A DNA stretch of 55,271 nucleotides from Acidobacteriota bacterium (GTDB taxonomy: Bacteria; Acidobacteriota; Terriglobia; Bryobacterales; Bryobacteraceae): assembly GCA_016215215.1 (NCBI GenBank), contig JACRKW010000030.1:1-55271 (forward strand), given 5' to 3'. Positions 39,565-49,485 of this stretch are shown here, one piece after another. The stretch's first letter is position 1; each line of letters starts with the position of its first letter. A model generated the notes under the pieces. The model was not told where the DNA came from, searched no databases, and saw only the letters and a program-made list of their open reading frames with translations. The position numbers and the translations under genes were made by a program.

Positions 39565-40104
39565 TTAATGAGATGCGCCGCCGTGGATCTCGAGGCCGTT
39601 GACTTCCTTCATCAGCTCGAGTTCTTTAGCGGTGAGTTTCGGCAGATGGCGAATGAACAGGACGAGCTTCCAGTTCTCCTCGTCCTCTCCGCCCCACCCC
39701 GGCATGCCGGTGAAGCGGATTCCATTCTTGATGATGTAAAACAATTCACCGTCTGAGAGATCCTGTGAATCGGGTTGCCTCATATCAGGCGCCGGCGGAT
39801 AGAGCCCGGCGTTGATCTGCGTGCGGCCACTGCCGTCGTTGGCGTGACAGGTAGCGCAGTGATCGGCGAAGTGCTCTCTCGCCTCGGCGATGGCCAACGG
39901 CGTAAGACTCACAGGGTTCTTCAGGCCCCGTGCTCCACGGGGCGAGGCGATTCTTCTCGCGTTCCTGGCCAGGAGAGCTTCGATCCTCAGAGGCTTCTCC
40001 CGTGCACTGAATCCGTGTGCCGTCACGAACCAGTACACCCACAGGCCCGCGGCCAGGCACAACGCGACGATCGCCAACGCAACGACCTTCAGCCTGAGGC
40101 TCAT
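39565..40104 (-). CDS. Membrane-anchored c-type cytochrome
   Basis: CATCH heme motif, GIRFTGMP. Confidence 0.9.
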   Translation of the reverse strand: MSLRLKVVALAIVALCLAAGLWVYWFVTAHGFSAREKPLRIEALLARNARRIASPRGARGLKNPVSLTPLAIAEAREHFADHCATCHANDGSGRTQINAGLYPPAPDMRQPDSQDLSDGELFYIIKNGIRFTGMPGWGGEDEENWKLVLFIRHLPKLTAKELELMKEVNGLEIHGGASH

Positions 40105-40114
40105 GCGTATTCCC

Positions 40115-40468
40115 CTAATGTGAGTGGCCAGAGTGCCCACTGCCGGCGCTGGCGGCCTCGATCTTGTCGACCTTGATGACCTTCGTCTTCTCGAATAACG
40201 TCCCGGTCACTGTGACCTTCTGGGCGGCGAACTTCTCCGGGGTCTGCTGGTCGCTCAACACGTACACGTCCTTGCCAGCCAGAAGCGCGAACTTCGTCTT
40301 GGAAGCCATCTTCACGCACTCCCGGACGCATTTGTCGTCGGGCGTGATGCCCATGGTGTGTTTGGCGCCGCACATGGTGTCGGTGATAACGCCGGTGAAC
40401 GTTTGCGGTTTGTCGGCGGCGGCAAGCAGTGCCGCGCCAAATAGAAGAGTGGTGATCGTCCGTTTCAT
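40115..40468 (-). CDS. Exported Cys/His protein with SGHSGHSH tail
   Basis: Signal; FTGVITDTMCG..H...CVRECVK. Confidence 0.8.
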   Translation of the reverse strand: MKRTITTLLFGAALLAAADKPQTFTGVITDTMCGAKHTMGITPDDKCVRECVKMASKTKFALLAGKDVYVLSDQQTPEKFAAQKVTVTGTLFEKTKVIKVDKIEAASAGSGHSGHSH

Positions 40469-41277
40469 CTCGCAGTCTGGTTCCTTTCTTCGATCGATGT
40501 CAAAAACTGAAGCCCTTTGTCCTGATTCAGGCGCTTCCAGAGCGCCTCGAAGCGTTTATCGTCCAGCGGTCGCTTGAGCTGGAAGTTGAAGCCCTTCATG
40601 CTGCCGTAGTGCGTCTTGGCGCGCTCGTAGGTCGTGAGCGTGAGTTGGTATCGGTCTGAGGTACTGACGTTCTCGATGTCCTGGTACCGCCACGTGCGCG
40701 ACTGGCGGGCCTGGTCCGTCTTGTAGACGATGCGATCCGGTCCGACCTGGAGGGTTCCTTCTGATCCCTTGATGGTCCCTTGTAGTTTCACCGGCAGTTC
40801 CCACAGAAGGTTGGCTTGGGTGTCCGCCATCGCTGCCACGAAGCGTCGATCCAGCTTATCCTCCAGCATCGCGTAGGCCGCTTCGAACGTCTGGCCCTTG
40901 GGCACCATGAACTCGAATTCCTTGTCGATGCCGAGAAACCACTTCCGGTCCTTGTAGGTCACGAGGACGAGTTTATCCGGAGAAATCCAAAGCTCCTGGA
41001 TGTCCTGGTAGTTGAACTGAACGCTCTCCAACTTCGGTGGTTTCTTGGAAGCCTTCTTTCGCTTGTTTTCGGGCAGCACTTGTTGATAGCCGATGCCTTG
41101 ATCGTTGATCGTCAACACACCCTCACTGGCCTTCTTCTTGAAGACGCGGGCGTGGTCGCTCAGCGGCCGGTCGTGGCGAACCTGAAACGTGAGTTCGGCC
41201 GCCCCCACCGGGGTGAGCGCAAGTAGCGAGACGAAGAGGCCTACGACGCGATGAGCTTTTTGACTTCGGTGTTCCAT
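40465..41277 (-). CDS. Exported hypothetical protein with two internally similar beta domains
   Basis: SEGVLTI...YQDIQE and SEGTLQV...YQDIEN; overlaps neighbours. Confidence 0.7.
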   Translation of the reverse strand: MEHRSQKAHRVVGLFVSLLALTPVGAAELTFQVRHDRPLSDHARVFKKKASEGVLTINDQGIGYQQVLPENKRKKASKKPPKLESVQFNYQDIQELWISPDKLVLVTYKDRKWFLGIDKEFEFMVPKGQTFEAAYAMLEDKLDRRFVAAMADTQANLLWELPVKLQGTIKGSEGTLQVGPDRIVYKTDQARQSRTWRYQDIENVSTSDRYQLTLTTYERAKTHYGSMKGFNFQLKRPLDDKRFEALWKRLNQDKGLQFLTSIEERNQTAR

Positions 41278-44200
41278 TTCCAAACCTCATAGATGGCCGG
41301 GTAAACGACCAGTTCCAGAATGAAGGACGTGAAGATGCCGCCGATCATCGGGGCCGCGATGCGGCGCATCACATCTGCGCCGGCCCCGGTGGACCACATG
41401 ATGGGGACCAATCCCATGAACATCACGGCCACGGTCATGAACTTCGGCCGAATTCGCTTGACGGCCCCATCGTGGATGGCAGTCTGCAGATCGGCGAGGC
41501 TGTTCATCTTGCCATCCTTCTTCGCTCCTTCGTAAGCGATGTTCAGGTAGAGCAACATGAAGATCGCTGTCTCGGCATCGACGCCGAGTAGCGCGATCAG
41601 ACCCACCCACACGCCGATGCTCATGTTGTAGCCGAGGAAATACAGGAACCAGATCGCTCCGACGGCGGAGAACGGGACCGCCAGGATGATCAGCATGGTC
41701 TCTGTCAGTGACTTCGTGTTCATGTAGAGCAACATCATGATCAGGAAGAGGGTGAGAGGCAGGATGATGGTGAGCCGCTCTCGCACTCGTTGCATGGCTT
41801 CGTACTGCCCGCTCCAGATCAAGGTGTATCCGGCTGGCAGCTTTACCTTCTCCCGGACAATCTGTTTCGCCTCCTCCACGTAGCTGCCGACATCGCGCCC
41901 AGCCACGTCCACGTAGACATAGCCATTCAGCATTCCGTTCTCATCCCGCAGCATGGCGGGGCCGCTGGAAAGCTTGATGTCGGCAAGTTGCGAGACCGGG
42001 ATCTGCGTCTTTCCATCCATGGTGGGGACCAACACTCGGCTAAGCCGGTTGATGTCGCTCCGGAAGTCTTGCAGGTAGCGCACGTTGACCGGATATCGCT
42101 CGCGGCCCTCGATGGTCGTGGTGACGTTCTCGCCGCCCACGGCGCTCATCAGGACGGCTTGCACGTCCTCGACGTTGAGGCCATATCGGGCCATCTCCTC
42201 GCGCTTCCAGTCGAAGTCCAGAAAGTAGCCGCCGCCGGTCCGCTCTGCAAACACATTCCGCGTTCCGCGCACCTTCGGCAGGATGCCTTCGATCTCCGTA
42301 CCGATCTGCTCGATCTGCTTCAGGTCCGAACCGTACACCTTGATTCCTACCGGCGTGCGAACACCAGTCGTCAACATGTCGATTCGGGCCTTGATGGGCA
42401 TGGTCCATGCATTCGACACGCCAGGCATCTGGAGTGCTGCGTTCATCTCGTCCACAAGCTGTTCAGGGGAAATATGGTCCGGAGTGATGTGGCCGAACGC
42501 AGCCTTCAGCCAGTGGGGAGCCCAGTTCCACTTCGAGTACCACGTGTCCACCTTGCGCCATTGATCGGTGGGCTTCAAGACAATCGTGGTCTCCATCATT
42601 GAGAACGGCGCTGGATCTGTGGAAGTCTCCGCCCGACCGGATTTGCCCATGACGGTGAGAACTTCAGGGAAGCTTTTGATGATCCGGTTTTGTACCTGCA
42701 TCAGCTTCTGGGCTTCCGCAACGGAGATGCCGGGCAATGTGGAGGGCATGTAAAGCAGTGTGCCCTCATAGAGCGGTGGCATGAACTCGGAGCCGAGCTT
42801 CTCATAGATTGGAACAGTGACCGCAACCATCGCGATGGCTCCGGCGATCACCACGTACTTCCAGCGGAGCGACCAGCGGCAGATGGGGTCATACAGCCGC
42901 ATCAGAACCCTACTGATCGGGTGCGTCTCTTCCGAATGGATCTTGCCGACCAGGACGGCGTTGACCACCCGCGCTAGCCAGCGCGGCCTGAATTGGAAGT
43001 TGTCCATGTGCGTGAATAGCAGCCGCATGGCCGGGTCCAGCGTGATGGCCAAGACTGCCGCGATGATCATCGAGAGGTTCTTGGTGTAGGCCAGCGGCTT
43101 GAAGAGGCGGCCTTCCTGAGCCTCCAGGGTCAGCACGGGCAAGAATGCAACGGCGATGACCAGTAGCGCGAAGAAGCTGGGGCCACCGACTTCCTTCACG
43201 GCATCAATGACCACCCGGTGGTAGTCTTTCTTCCGGCCCGTTCGATCCCATTCCTCGAGGTGCTTGTGCGTCTGCTCCACCACCACGATGGCCGCATCCA
43301 CCATGGCGCCGATGGCGATCGCGATACCGCCGAGCGACATGATGTTGGCGCTGACGCCCATCATCTTCATCGGGATGAACGAGATGATGATGGCGATGGG
43401 GATGGTAAAGACCGGAATGACGGCGCTGGGGAAGTGCCAGAGGAAGATAAAGATCACCAGCGACACGATCACCATTTCCTCGATCAGCGTCCCCTTCAGG
43501 TTCTCGATGGATCGGTTGATCAAGTCCGAACGATCGTACGCCCAGACGATCTTCACGCCTTGCGGAAGACCAGGTTCGAGGTCTTTGATCTTGGCTTTGA
43601 CGCGGTCGATCACATCCAGTGCGTTCTCGCCCTGCCGCATCACCACGATGCCGGAGACCACGTCGCCCTCGCCATTCCAGTCGGCGATGCCTCTTCGGAT
43701 ATCAGGGCCCAGTACAACAACTCCTACGTCCTTAACGCGGACTGGGACGCCTCCCGGGCTATTCAGCAGAACGATGTTTCCGATGTCCTCGGTGTTCTTG
43801 GCATAGCCGCGCCCGCGCACCATGTACTCCGTACCGCTGAACTCCACCAGCCGGCCGCCCACGTCGTTGTTACCGTTGCGAACCGCATCGACCACCTTCA
43901 TGATCGGAATCTTGTATGCCTGGAGCCGGTTGGGGTCGACCTTCACCTGGTACTGCCGGACGAAGCCGCCGAGGGGCGCAACCTCAGCGACACCGGGCAC
44001 GGACTTCAATTGGTAACGGAGAAACCAATCCTGCAAGGACCGAAGCTCCGCGAGCGAATGCTTTCCGCTCTGGTCCACCAGGGCGTACTGAAACACCCAA
44101 CCGACTCCAGTAGCGTCCGGACCCAACTCTGTCTTGACGCCCTGCGGGAGCCGTTGAAGGACGGCAGACAGGTATTCAAGGGTCCGGGAGCGCGCCCAAT

Positions 44201-44507
44201 AGATATCTGTTCCCTCCTCGAAAATGATGTAGACAAACGAATAGCCGAAATCGGAGAAGCCGCGAACAGCTTTGACTTTTGGTGCCCCCAGCATGCTGGT
44301 GACGATGGGGTAGGTGACCTGGTCCTCCATGATGTCGGGGCTGCGATCCCAGCGCGAGTAGACGATCACCTGGGTGTCGCTCAGATCCGGAATGGCGTCG
44401 AGCGGGATACTCCGCATCGAATAGAGGCCGGCGACTACCGCGAAGCCGATCAGGATGAAGACGAGAAACTTGTTCCTGCCGGAGAACTCGATGATATGGT
44501 CAATCAT
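41241..44507 (-). CDS. cusA: CusA/SilA heavy-metal RND permease
   Basis: LDAIPDLSDTQVIV, GPDATGVGW, GAMVDA, GSEFMP, DPAPFSMMET, RIRPKFMT. Confidence 0.95.
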   Translation of the reverse strand: MIDHIIEFSGRNKFLVFILIGFAVVAGLYSMRSIPLDAIPDLSDTQVIVYSRWDRSPDIMEDQVTYPIVTSMLGAPKVKAVRGFSDFGYSFVYIIFEEGTDIYWARSRTLEYLSAVLQRLPQGVKTELGPDATGVGWVFQYALVDQSGKHSLAELRSLQDWFLRYQLKSVPGVAEVAPLGGFVRQYQVKVDPNRLQAYKIPIMKVVDAVRNGNNDVGGRLVEFSGTEYMVRGRGYAKNTEDIGNIVLLNSPGGVPVRVKDVGVVVLGPDIRRGIADWNGEGDVVSGIVVMRQGENALDVIDRVKAKIKDLEPGLPQGVKIVWAYDRSDLINRSIENLKGTLIEEMVIVSLVIFIFLWHFPSAVIPVFTIPIAIIISFIPMKMMGVSANIMSLGGIAIAIGAMVDAAIVVVEQTHKHLEEWDRTGRKKDYHRVVIDAVKEVGGPSFFALLVIAVAFLPVLTLEAQEGRLFKPLAYTKNLSMIIAAVLAITLDPAMRLLFTHMDNFQFRPRWLARVVNAVLVGKIHSEETHPISRVLMRLYDPICRWSLRWKYVVIAGAIAMVAVTVPIYEKLGSEFMPPLYEGTLLYMPSTLPGISVAEAQKLMQVQNRIIKSFPEVLTVMGKSGRAETSTDPAPFSMMETTIVLKPTDQWRKVDTWYSKWNWAPHWLKAAFGHITPDHISPEQLVDEMNAALQMPGVSNAWTMPIKARIDMLTTGVRTPVGIKVYGSDLKQIEQIGTEIEGILPKVRGTRNVFAERTGGGYFLDFDWKREEMARYGLNVEDVQAVLMSAVGGENVTTTIEGRERYPVNVRYLQDFRSDINRLSRVLVPTMDGKTQIPVSQLADIKLSSGPAMLRDENGMLNGYVYVDVAGRDVGSYVEEAKQIVREKVKLPAGYTLIWSGQYEAMQRVRERLTIILPLTLFLIMMLLYMNTKSLTETMLIILAVPFSAVGAIWFLYFLGYNMSIGVWVGLIALLGVDAETAIFMLLYLNIAYEGAKKDGKMNSLADLQTAIHDGAVKRIRPKFMTVAVMFMGLVPIMWSTGAGADVMRRIAAPMIGGIFTSFILELVVYPAIYEVWKWNTEVKKLIAS

Positions 44508-45960
44508 GTTTGTGCTCCGCAGGCGCGGCGGGCGCAGGCGCGCTAGCCGCCGGTTTCGATGAGGCGCCACCGTGCTGATGGCCGGCCATTCCTGCCGCCG
44601 ACGACTTCAACTGACTTTCGGAGTCGATCAGGAAGTTGCCGGAAATAACGATCCGTTCAGTCGGGGACAACCCTTTCGTGATCTCGATGCGATCGCCAAT
44701 GCGCTCACCCGTTTCGACCTGGCGAGGCTCCAAGTAGCCGTTTCCGCGGTCTACGAACACGGTCTTCTTCAACCCCGTGTCCAGGACAGCCTCCGCTGGC
44801 ACGGTCATCCTGGCGGGCATGGACACGTTGAACTCCACGTCCACAAACATGTCGGGCTTCAACGTCATACCTGGGTTGTCGGCCTCGATGCGCACCTTTA
44901 GGGTGCGCGTCATGGCGTCGACCTGTGGCTGGATATAGCTCACACGGCCACTGAAGGCGCGCCCCGTTCCATAGGAGAGTTTGATGCGCGCCGGCAAGCC
45001 CACCTGGATCATGGAGGCCTCGTTCTCAAAGACATCCGCCATGATCCAGACCTTGCTCAGGTCGACCACGGTGTAGAGTTCCGTTTCTGAGGTGATGCGC
45101 TGTTTGGGGAACGCATTGCGCATCATTACGTATCCGCTGATGGGCGAGTAGATTGTGATGTTGGTGAGGGGCTGACCGGTCTGGTTGATCTCCTGAATCT
45201 GTGCCTCGCTCAGCGAGAAGAGTTCCAGGCGCTTCCGCGCTGCCTCGATCAGCGAATCACTCTGCTGCTTCGAGTCGCTCAGCGGGTTGCCCTTCATGAT
45301 CTCCCGGCTGCGGAGCGCAAGCAGATACTCCCGCTGGCTGGCCAACATCTCCGGGCTGTACATCGTCAACAGCGGCTGGCCCTTTTCGACGAACTTGCCG
45401 GTGAAGTCGACGTAGACCTTCTCAATCCAGCCATCAATCCTGGTTTGCACCTTAGTGAAACGAGTCTCGTCCATCGTCACTTGCCCGACGGAACGGAATG
45501 AATGAACGCCCGCGCTCGGCGTCACCTCGCCGAACTTCACGCCAATCAACTGCTGCTTCTCCGGGCTCACGCGAATCGTGCCCATCGGCATTGCGGCAGG
45601 ATCACTCTCGTAGACAGGCTCGAGGTCGCCGCCCGTTTCGGGATTGATGCCGGGTTTGTCCGACTTGAAGTTAGGAGCCTTCGGATCGCGGTAGTAGAGG
45701 ATCTTGCCGACAGGCTTCTGGGCTTCGGCGCCTACCGGATGAGCCGCGTCGTCATCCGGCACCAGTTTCATGCCGCAGATCGGGCAGTCGCCTGGTTTGT
45801 CGGAGTGATAGTTCGGATGCATCGGGCAGTGGTAGCCCCTGGGCTTCTTCGTCGCGGCTTCCTCGTGACGGTGCGGTCCATACCAACGGCCGTATCCAAA
45901 GCCGCCTACAAACCCAGCGGCGACCAGGCCAATGAAGAGCAGAATACGTAGAGTTTTCAT
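44500..45960 (-). CDS. cusB: CusB-type periplasmic adaptor with N-terminal metal-binding domain
   Basis: YHCPMHP...CPICGM, YSPEM, TRTLKVR, LKPDMF, FLIDSES. Confidence 0.92.
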   Translation of the reverse strand: MKTLRILLFIGLVAAGFVGGFGYGRWYGPHRHEEAATKKPRGYHCPMHPNYHSDKPGDCPICGMKLVPDDDAAHPVGAEAQKPVGKILYYRDPKAPNFKSDKPGINPETGGDLEPVYESDPAAMPMGTIRVSPEKQQLIGVKFGEVTPSAGVHSFRSVGQVTMDETRFTKVQTRIDGWIEKVYVDFTGKFVEKGQPLLTMYSPEMLASQREYLLALRSREIMKGNPLSDSKQQSDSLIEAARKRLELFSLSEAQIQEINQTGQPLTNITIYSPISGYVMMRNAFPKQRITSETELYTVVDLSKVWIMADVFENEASMIQVGLPARIKLSYGTGRAFSGRVSYIQPQVDAMTRTLKVRIEADNPGMTLKPDMFVDVEFNVSMPARMTVPAEAVLDTGLKKTVFVDRGNGYLEPRQVETGERIGDRIEITKGLSPTERIVISGNFLIDSESQLKSSAAGMAGHQHGGASSKPAASAPAPAAPAEHKHD

Positions 45961-45971
45961 GGAGTCGTTCC

Positions 45972-47231
45972 TCATTGGACCAGCGGACGTCCCGTCATCT
46001 CTTCGAGACGGGCGAGCGCGAGATAGAAGTTCTGGAGTTCGTCGTAGTAGTTCATCTGGTACTCAACCACGGTGGTGTAGTTCATGAACACGGTCAGGAA
46101 ATCAACCGATCCTGTCTCGTACGAAGACAATGACGACTCCAAGGCCAGTCTGGCCTGTGGGATCACCGCCCGCTCGTAGAGCTTCACCAGTTGCGAGGCC
46201 GTCTCCGCCATCGAGTAGTCGTCCTGGATGCGATAGTGAAGCCCCTGGTTCGTGGCTTCATAGGTCTTTCGCGACTGTGCCAGTGTCTGGGACTGTTCTG
46301 TGACGGCCGCGCGTTGTTTGCGGAAGTAGTAAAGCGGGATCTTGAAGTCGGCGCGGAACATGTACATGGGACTCATGCCGCCCATGTTGTAGTAGCCGCC
46401 ATTGAGGGTGAAGTCCGGATAGTATTCCTTGCGCGCCATGTTGACCGCCACTTCGGCGCGCTGGATCATCTTCTCGTCCCGCTTGAGCATCGGGGAGTTC
46501 TCGCGTGCCGACAGGTAAAGTTCTTGGAGTCCAGGCGGTAGATCCATGACCCGCAAATCGTCGGGGCGGCTTATCGGCGAACCGGGAGCGCGATTCACCA
46601 GGCTATTGATTTCGGCCTCCCGCGCTCGTTTCTCGCGCTCCAGTTGGACTCGCTTCGTTTCCAGGATCGAAATCTGTGTCTGCGCCTTGAAGATGTCCTG
46701 CTGCGCAGCCTTGCCCACGGCGTAGCGTGCTTCCGTGATCTTCAGGAACTTGCGCAGCAAATCGAGATTCTTCGTCAGCACGTCGACCGCTGCGAACGCA
46801 TAAGCCCGGCGGTAATACGCTTGCTTGATGCGGGAGACCACGCTCAGCTTGGTCTGCTGATACTGCTGCCATTCCGCCTCGGACTCCTTCACTGCCATAT
46901 CACCGGCCAACTTGCGTTTGCCAGGGAAAGGAATCTCCTGGGAGATCATCACGCCGATGTTGCTGGTGACTTCCGTTCCCAATCCTGCACCAGGCCAAGG
47001 CCGCCCGCTGCTGTTGTACCCAGGAGAGAACATCGGGTCCGGCAGGCTACTGACCTGACTCGGTCTCTGCCGGGACGCCTCGTACCGCTTCTGCGCGGCC
47101 ACGACCTCCGGGTTGTTGTTCAGCGCCTCAGCGAGCAGATCCTTGAGGTCGGCCCGGTCTCCCTGCGCCGAAAGCCCAGAGGCGAGAAGCGGCACGAGCA
47201 GCATCGCCCGGCTGATCAAAGGTGTTCGCAC
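45972..47231 (-). CDS. TolC/CusC outer-membrane efflux protein
   Basis: Signal; ALNNNP, SQEIPFPGK, YETG..DFL; GTG start inferred. Confidence 0.9.
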   Translation of the reverse strand: MRTPLISRAMLLVPLLASGLSAQGDRADLKDLLAEALNNNPEVVAAQKRYEASRQRPSQVSSLPDPMFSPGYNSSGRPWPGAGLGTEVTSNIGVMISQEIPFPGKRKLAGDMAVKESEAEWQQYQQTKLSVVSRIKQAYYRRAYAFAAVDVLTKNLDLLRKFLKITEARYAVGKAAQQDIFKAQTQISILETKRVQLEREKRAREAEINSLVNRAPGSPISRPDDLRVMDLPPGLQELYLSARENSPMLKRDEKMIQRAEVAVNMARKEYYPDFTLNGGYYNMGGMSPMYMFRADFKIPLYYFRKQRAAVTEQSQTLAQSRKTYEATNQGLHYRIQDDYSMAETASQLVKLYERAVIPQARLALESSLSSYETGSVDFLTVFMNYTTVVEYQMNYYDELQNFYLALARLEEMTGRPLVQ

Positions 47232-47267
47232 CGTACTTTCCTTCCTGGTTGCCACTGCCCCCTCCAT

Positions 47268-47284
47268 CGCACGACCCGTGCCAA
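47268..47284 (-). promoter_or_regulatory. Sigma-54 -24/-12 promoter of the cusCBA operon
   Basis: TTGGCACGGGTCGTGCG on minus strand, about 37 bp upstream of the GTG. Confidence 0.7.
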
Positions 47285-47555
47285 TCATGGACGAGGCGAG
47301 CGAAGTCTTTCAGTTCAGGCTACTTATCGGTCGCTTTACCGCCACCGTGAGCGTCCAAGGCTCACTGGAATTGGAGATTCTCGGACTCCGGTTGGACAAT
47401 TTTCGGCAGCAGGGTGTCACCAAGGACAGTTCGTCCCGATGAGAGTCCGTGGTAACCAACTGGAATGAGGGAAGTTAAGGGTGTCCATGCGTGTTTGGCG
47501 CTACAATTGCCGAACACAAGTTGATGTCGTACAACCGAACGATGCGAGGAAATCG

Positions 47556-48359
47556 ATGATTCGTCTCGCCACACCAGCGCTCACCTTCCTCGCGATCCTT
47601 GCCCGACCGTTGCCAGCCGTCGAAGGTATCCCCGGATGGGAACAGGTGCTGAACGAAGTTCTCGAACGGGCTGAGCACGAACGGCAAGGGACCGAAGCGA
47701 TGTCGTCACGAGGACGGAACCCGAGTTCGGCCGAGTCTCCAGAGCGGGCGGCACGCGAACTGCGGCCCATCGTCGGAGACTTCGTCCGCTACTTCCAAGG
47801 TTCAGGAGTGAAGCACTTCCGCGCCTCTTTGAACCGGCTCCAGCCGCTCCGGCCGATGATCACTCGTGTCTTCCGTGAGGAAGGGCTTCCGCCGGACTTG
47901 GTTTGGATCGGCCTTGTTGAAAGCGGCTATGATCCCGTTGCCAGATCACCCAAGAACGCCCTCGGGATCTGGCAGTTGATTCCCGAGACGGCGATGACGT
48001 TCGGCTTGAACGTAGCTGGACGCGATGAACGCACTGACCCTGAGAAGTCCACTCGCGCGGCCGCCCGATACCTGAAGTTTCTCTATGCTAGGTTTGGAGA
48101 CTGGCCTTTAACGTTGGCCGCCTATAACGCCGGTGAACAGCGTGTGCGAAGCGCAATCGAACGTGTGGGCGACCGGGATTTCTGGCGGCTCGCGGCGGCG
48201 GGAATGCTGCCGCGGGAGACCCAGGCGTATGTGCCCGCAGTGTTGGCGGCGCAGTTCCTTGGCGAAGACAGGTCTGTGAATAATGAATCGACAGTATATG
48301 ACGACGCAACCCAACGAGCGGCCAGAGTCGCCGTCGCCCCTTTCTCGCTCTCGCAGTGA
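47556..48359 (+). CDS. Lytic transglycosylase (MltD-like SLT domain)
   Basis: LVESG, ALGIWQLIPETA, AAYNAGE, ETQAYVP. Confidence 0.9.
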   Translation: MIRLATPALTFLAILARPLPAVEGIPGWEQVLNEVLERAEHERQGTEAMSSRGRNPSSAESPERAARELRPIVGDFVRYFQGSGVKHFRASLNRLQPLRPMITRVFREEGLPPDLVWIGLVESGYDPVARSPKNALGIWQLIPETAMTFGLNVAGRDERTDPEKSTRAAARYLKFLYARFGDWPLTLAAYNAGEQRVRSAIERVGDRDFWRLAAAGMLPRETQAYVPAVLAAQFLGEDRSVNNESTVYDDATQRAARVAVAPFSLSQ

Positions 48360-48390
48360 TGCGTCGTTGACGGATGAGGCCACCTTAGCT

Positions 48391-49485
48391 ATGGGCTCCG
48401 ACACGTCAAGATGGAACTGGAAGGCGGTCACGCTCGTGTTGGCGGGGATCGCTATTACGAGCGCCGGTCACTATCTGACTCCGCGTGATTTGAGGCTGTG
48501 GCACGGAATCTTTCAGCGGCTCTACTATCTGCCTGTCGTTTACGCGGCAATCGCTTTCGGATGGATAGGCGGCTTGGCCGCGGCCATCGTGGCAGCTCTG
48601 CTGTACATCCCGCACATCGTGATTATGTGGGGGCACGAGCAGCATTACGCGTTGGAGCAGTACGCGGAGATCTTCATGTTCCTCGCCGTGGGGATCGTCA
48701 CCGGCGTGCTATCTGACCGTGAACGGAAGCGCCGTTCTGAATTGCAGGCCACCGCACAGAAGCTGAGTCAGGTGTACCGCGAACTCCAGGACACATTCGA
48801 GCAGGTCAAGCGGGCAGACCGTCTCTCGGCGATCGGTCAGTTGGCGGCCGGCCTGGCCCACGAGATCAGGAACCCACTCGCCAGCATCGATGGCGCCGCC
48901 GAGGTGCTTGACGTCGCCGATGACCAGCCGGAGTTGCGGAAGGAAACAGTGGGCATCATCCGCAAGGAATGCTCACGATTGAACCGCCTCCTCACGAGCC
49001 TGCTCGATTTCGCGCGGCCGCGCCGCCCGGAGTGGCGGCACGTGGATCTGCCAAAGGTGCTCGATTCGGTGATCGATCTGGTGAGTCACTCTGGAGGTAA
49101 GGGCATCCGGTTTCACAAAGAGACGGCTCGTAGTGTGCCGCGACTTCTGGGAGACGAGGAGCAGCTAACCCAGGTCGTACTAAATCTGACGCTCAATGCC
49201 GCTCAGGCCATGCCGGAGGGCGGCGATGTCTGGCTCACCATCCGCCCGGAGGATGACGGCATTGTCATCCAGGTCAGAGACCAAGGGCACGGGATACCTG
49301 AGGAGAATATGGATAAGATCTTCGATCCGTTCTTCACCACAAAGGACACCGGAACCGGCCTTGGCCTCTCCGTAGTCCATCAGATCGTGACGCAGCATGG
49401 CGGGACCGTGAACGTGAGCAGGAATCCGGACGGGGGCACGACATTCAGCCTGTTCTTTCCACAGACACGAGGAGAGGTCGCATGA
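48391..49485 (+). CDS. Membrane sensor histidine kinase
   Basis: About 4 TM; [32 protein letters not shown]. Confidence 0.93.
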   Translation: MGSDTSRWNWKAVTLVLAGIAITSAGHYLTPRDLRLWHGIFQRLYYLPVVYAAIAFGWIGGLAAAIVAALLYIPHIVIMWGHEQHYALEQYAEIFMFLAVGIVTGVLSDRERKRRSELQATAQKLSQVYRELQDTFEQVKRADRLSAIGQLAAGLAHEIRNPLASIDGAAEVLDVADDQPELRKETVGIIRKECSRLNRLLTSLLDFARPRRPEWRHVDLPKVLDSVIDLVSHSGGKGIRFHKETARSVPRLLGDEEQLTQVVLNLTLNAAQAMPEGGDVWLTIRPEDDGIVIQVRDQGHGIPEENMDKIFDPFFTTKDTGTGLGLSVVHQIVTQHGGTVNVSRNPDGGTTFSLFFPQTRGEVA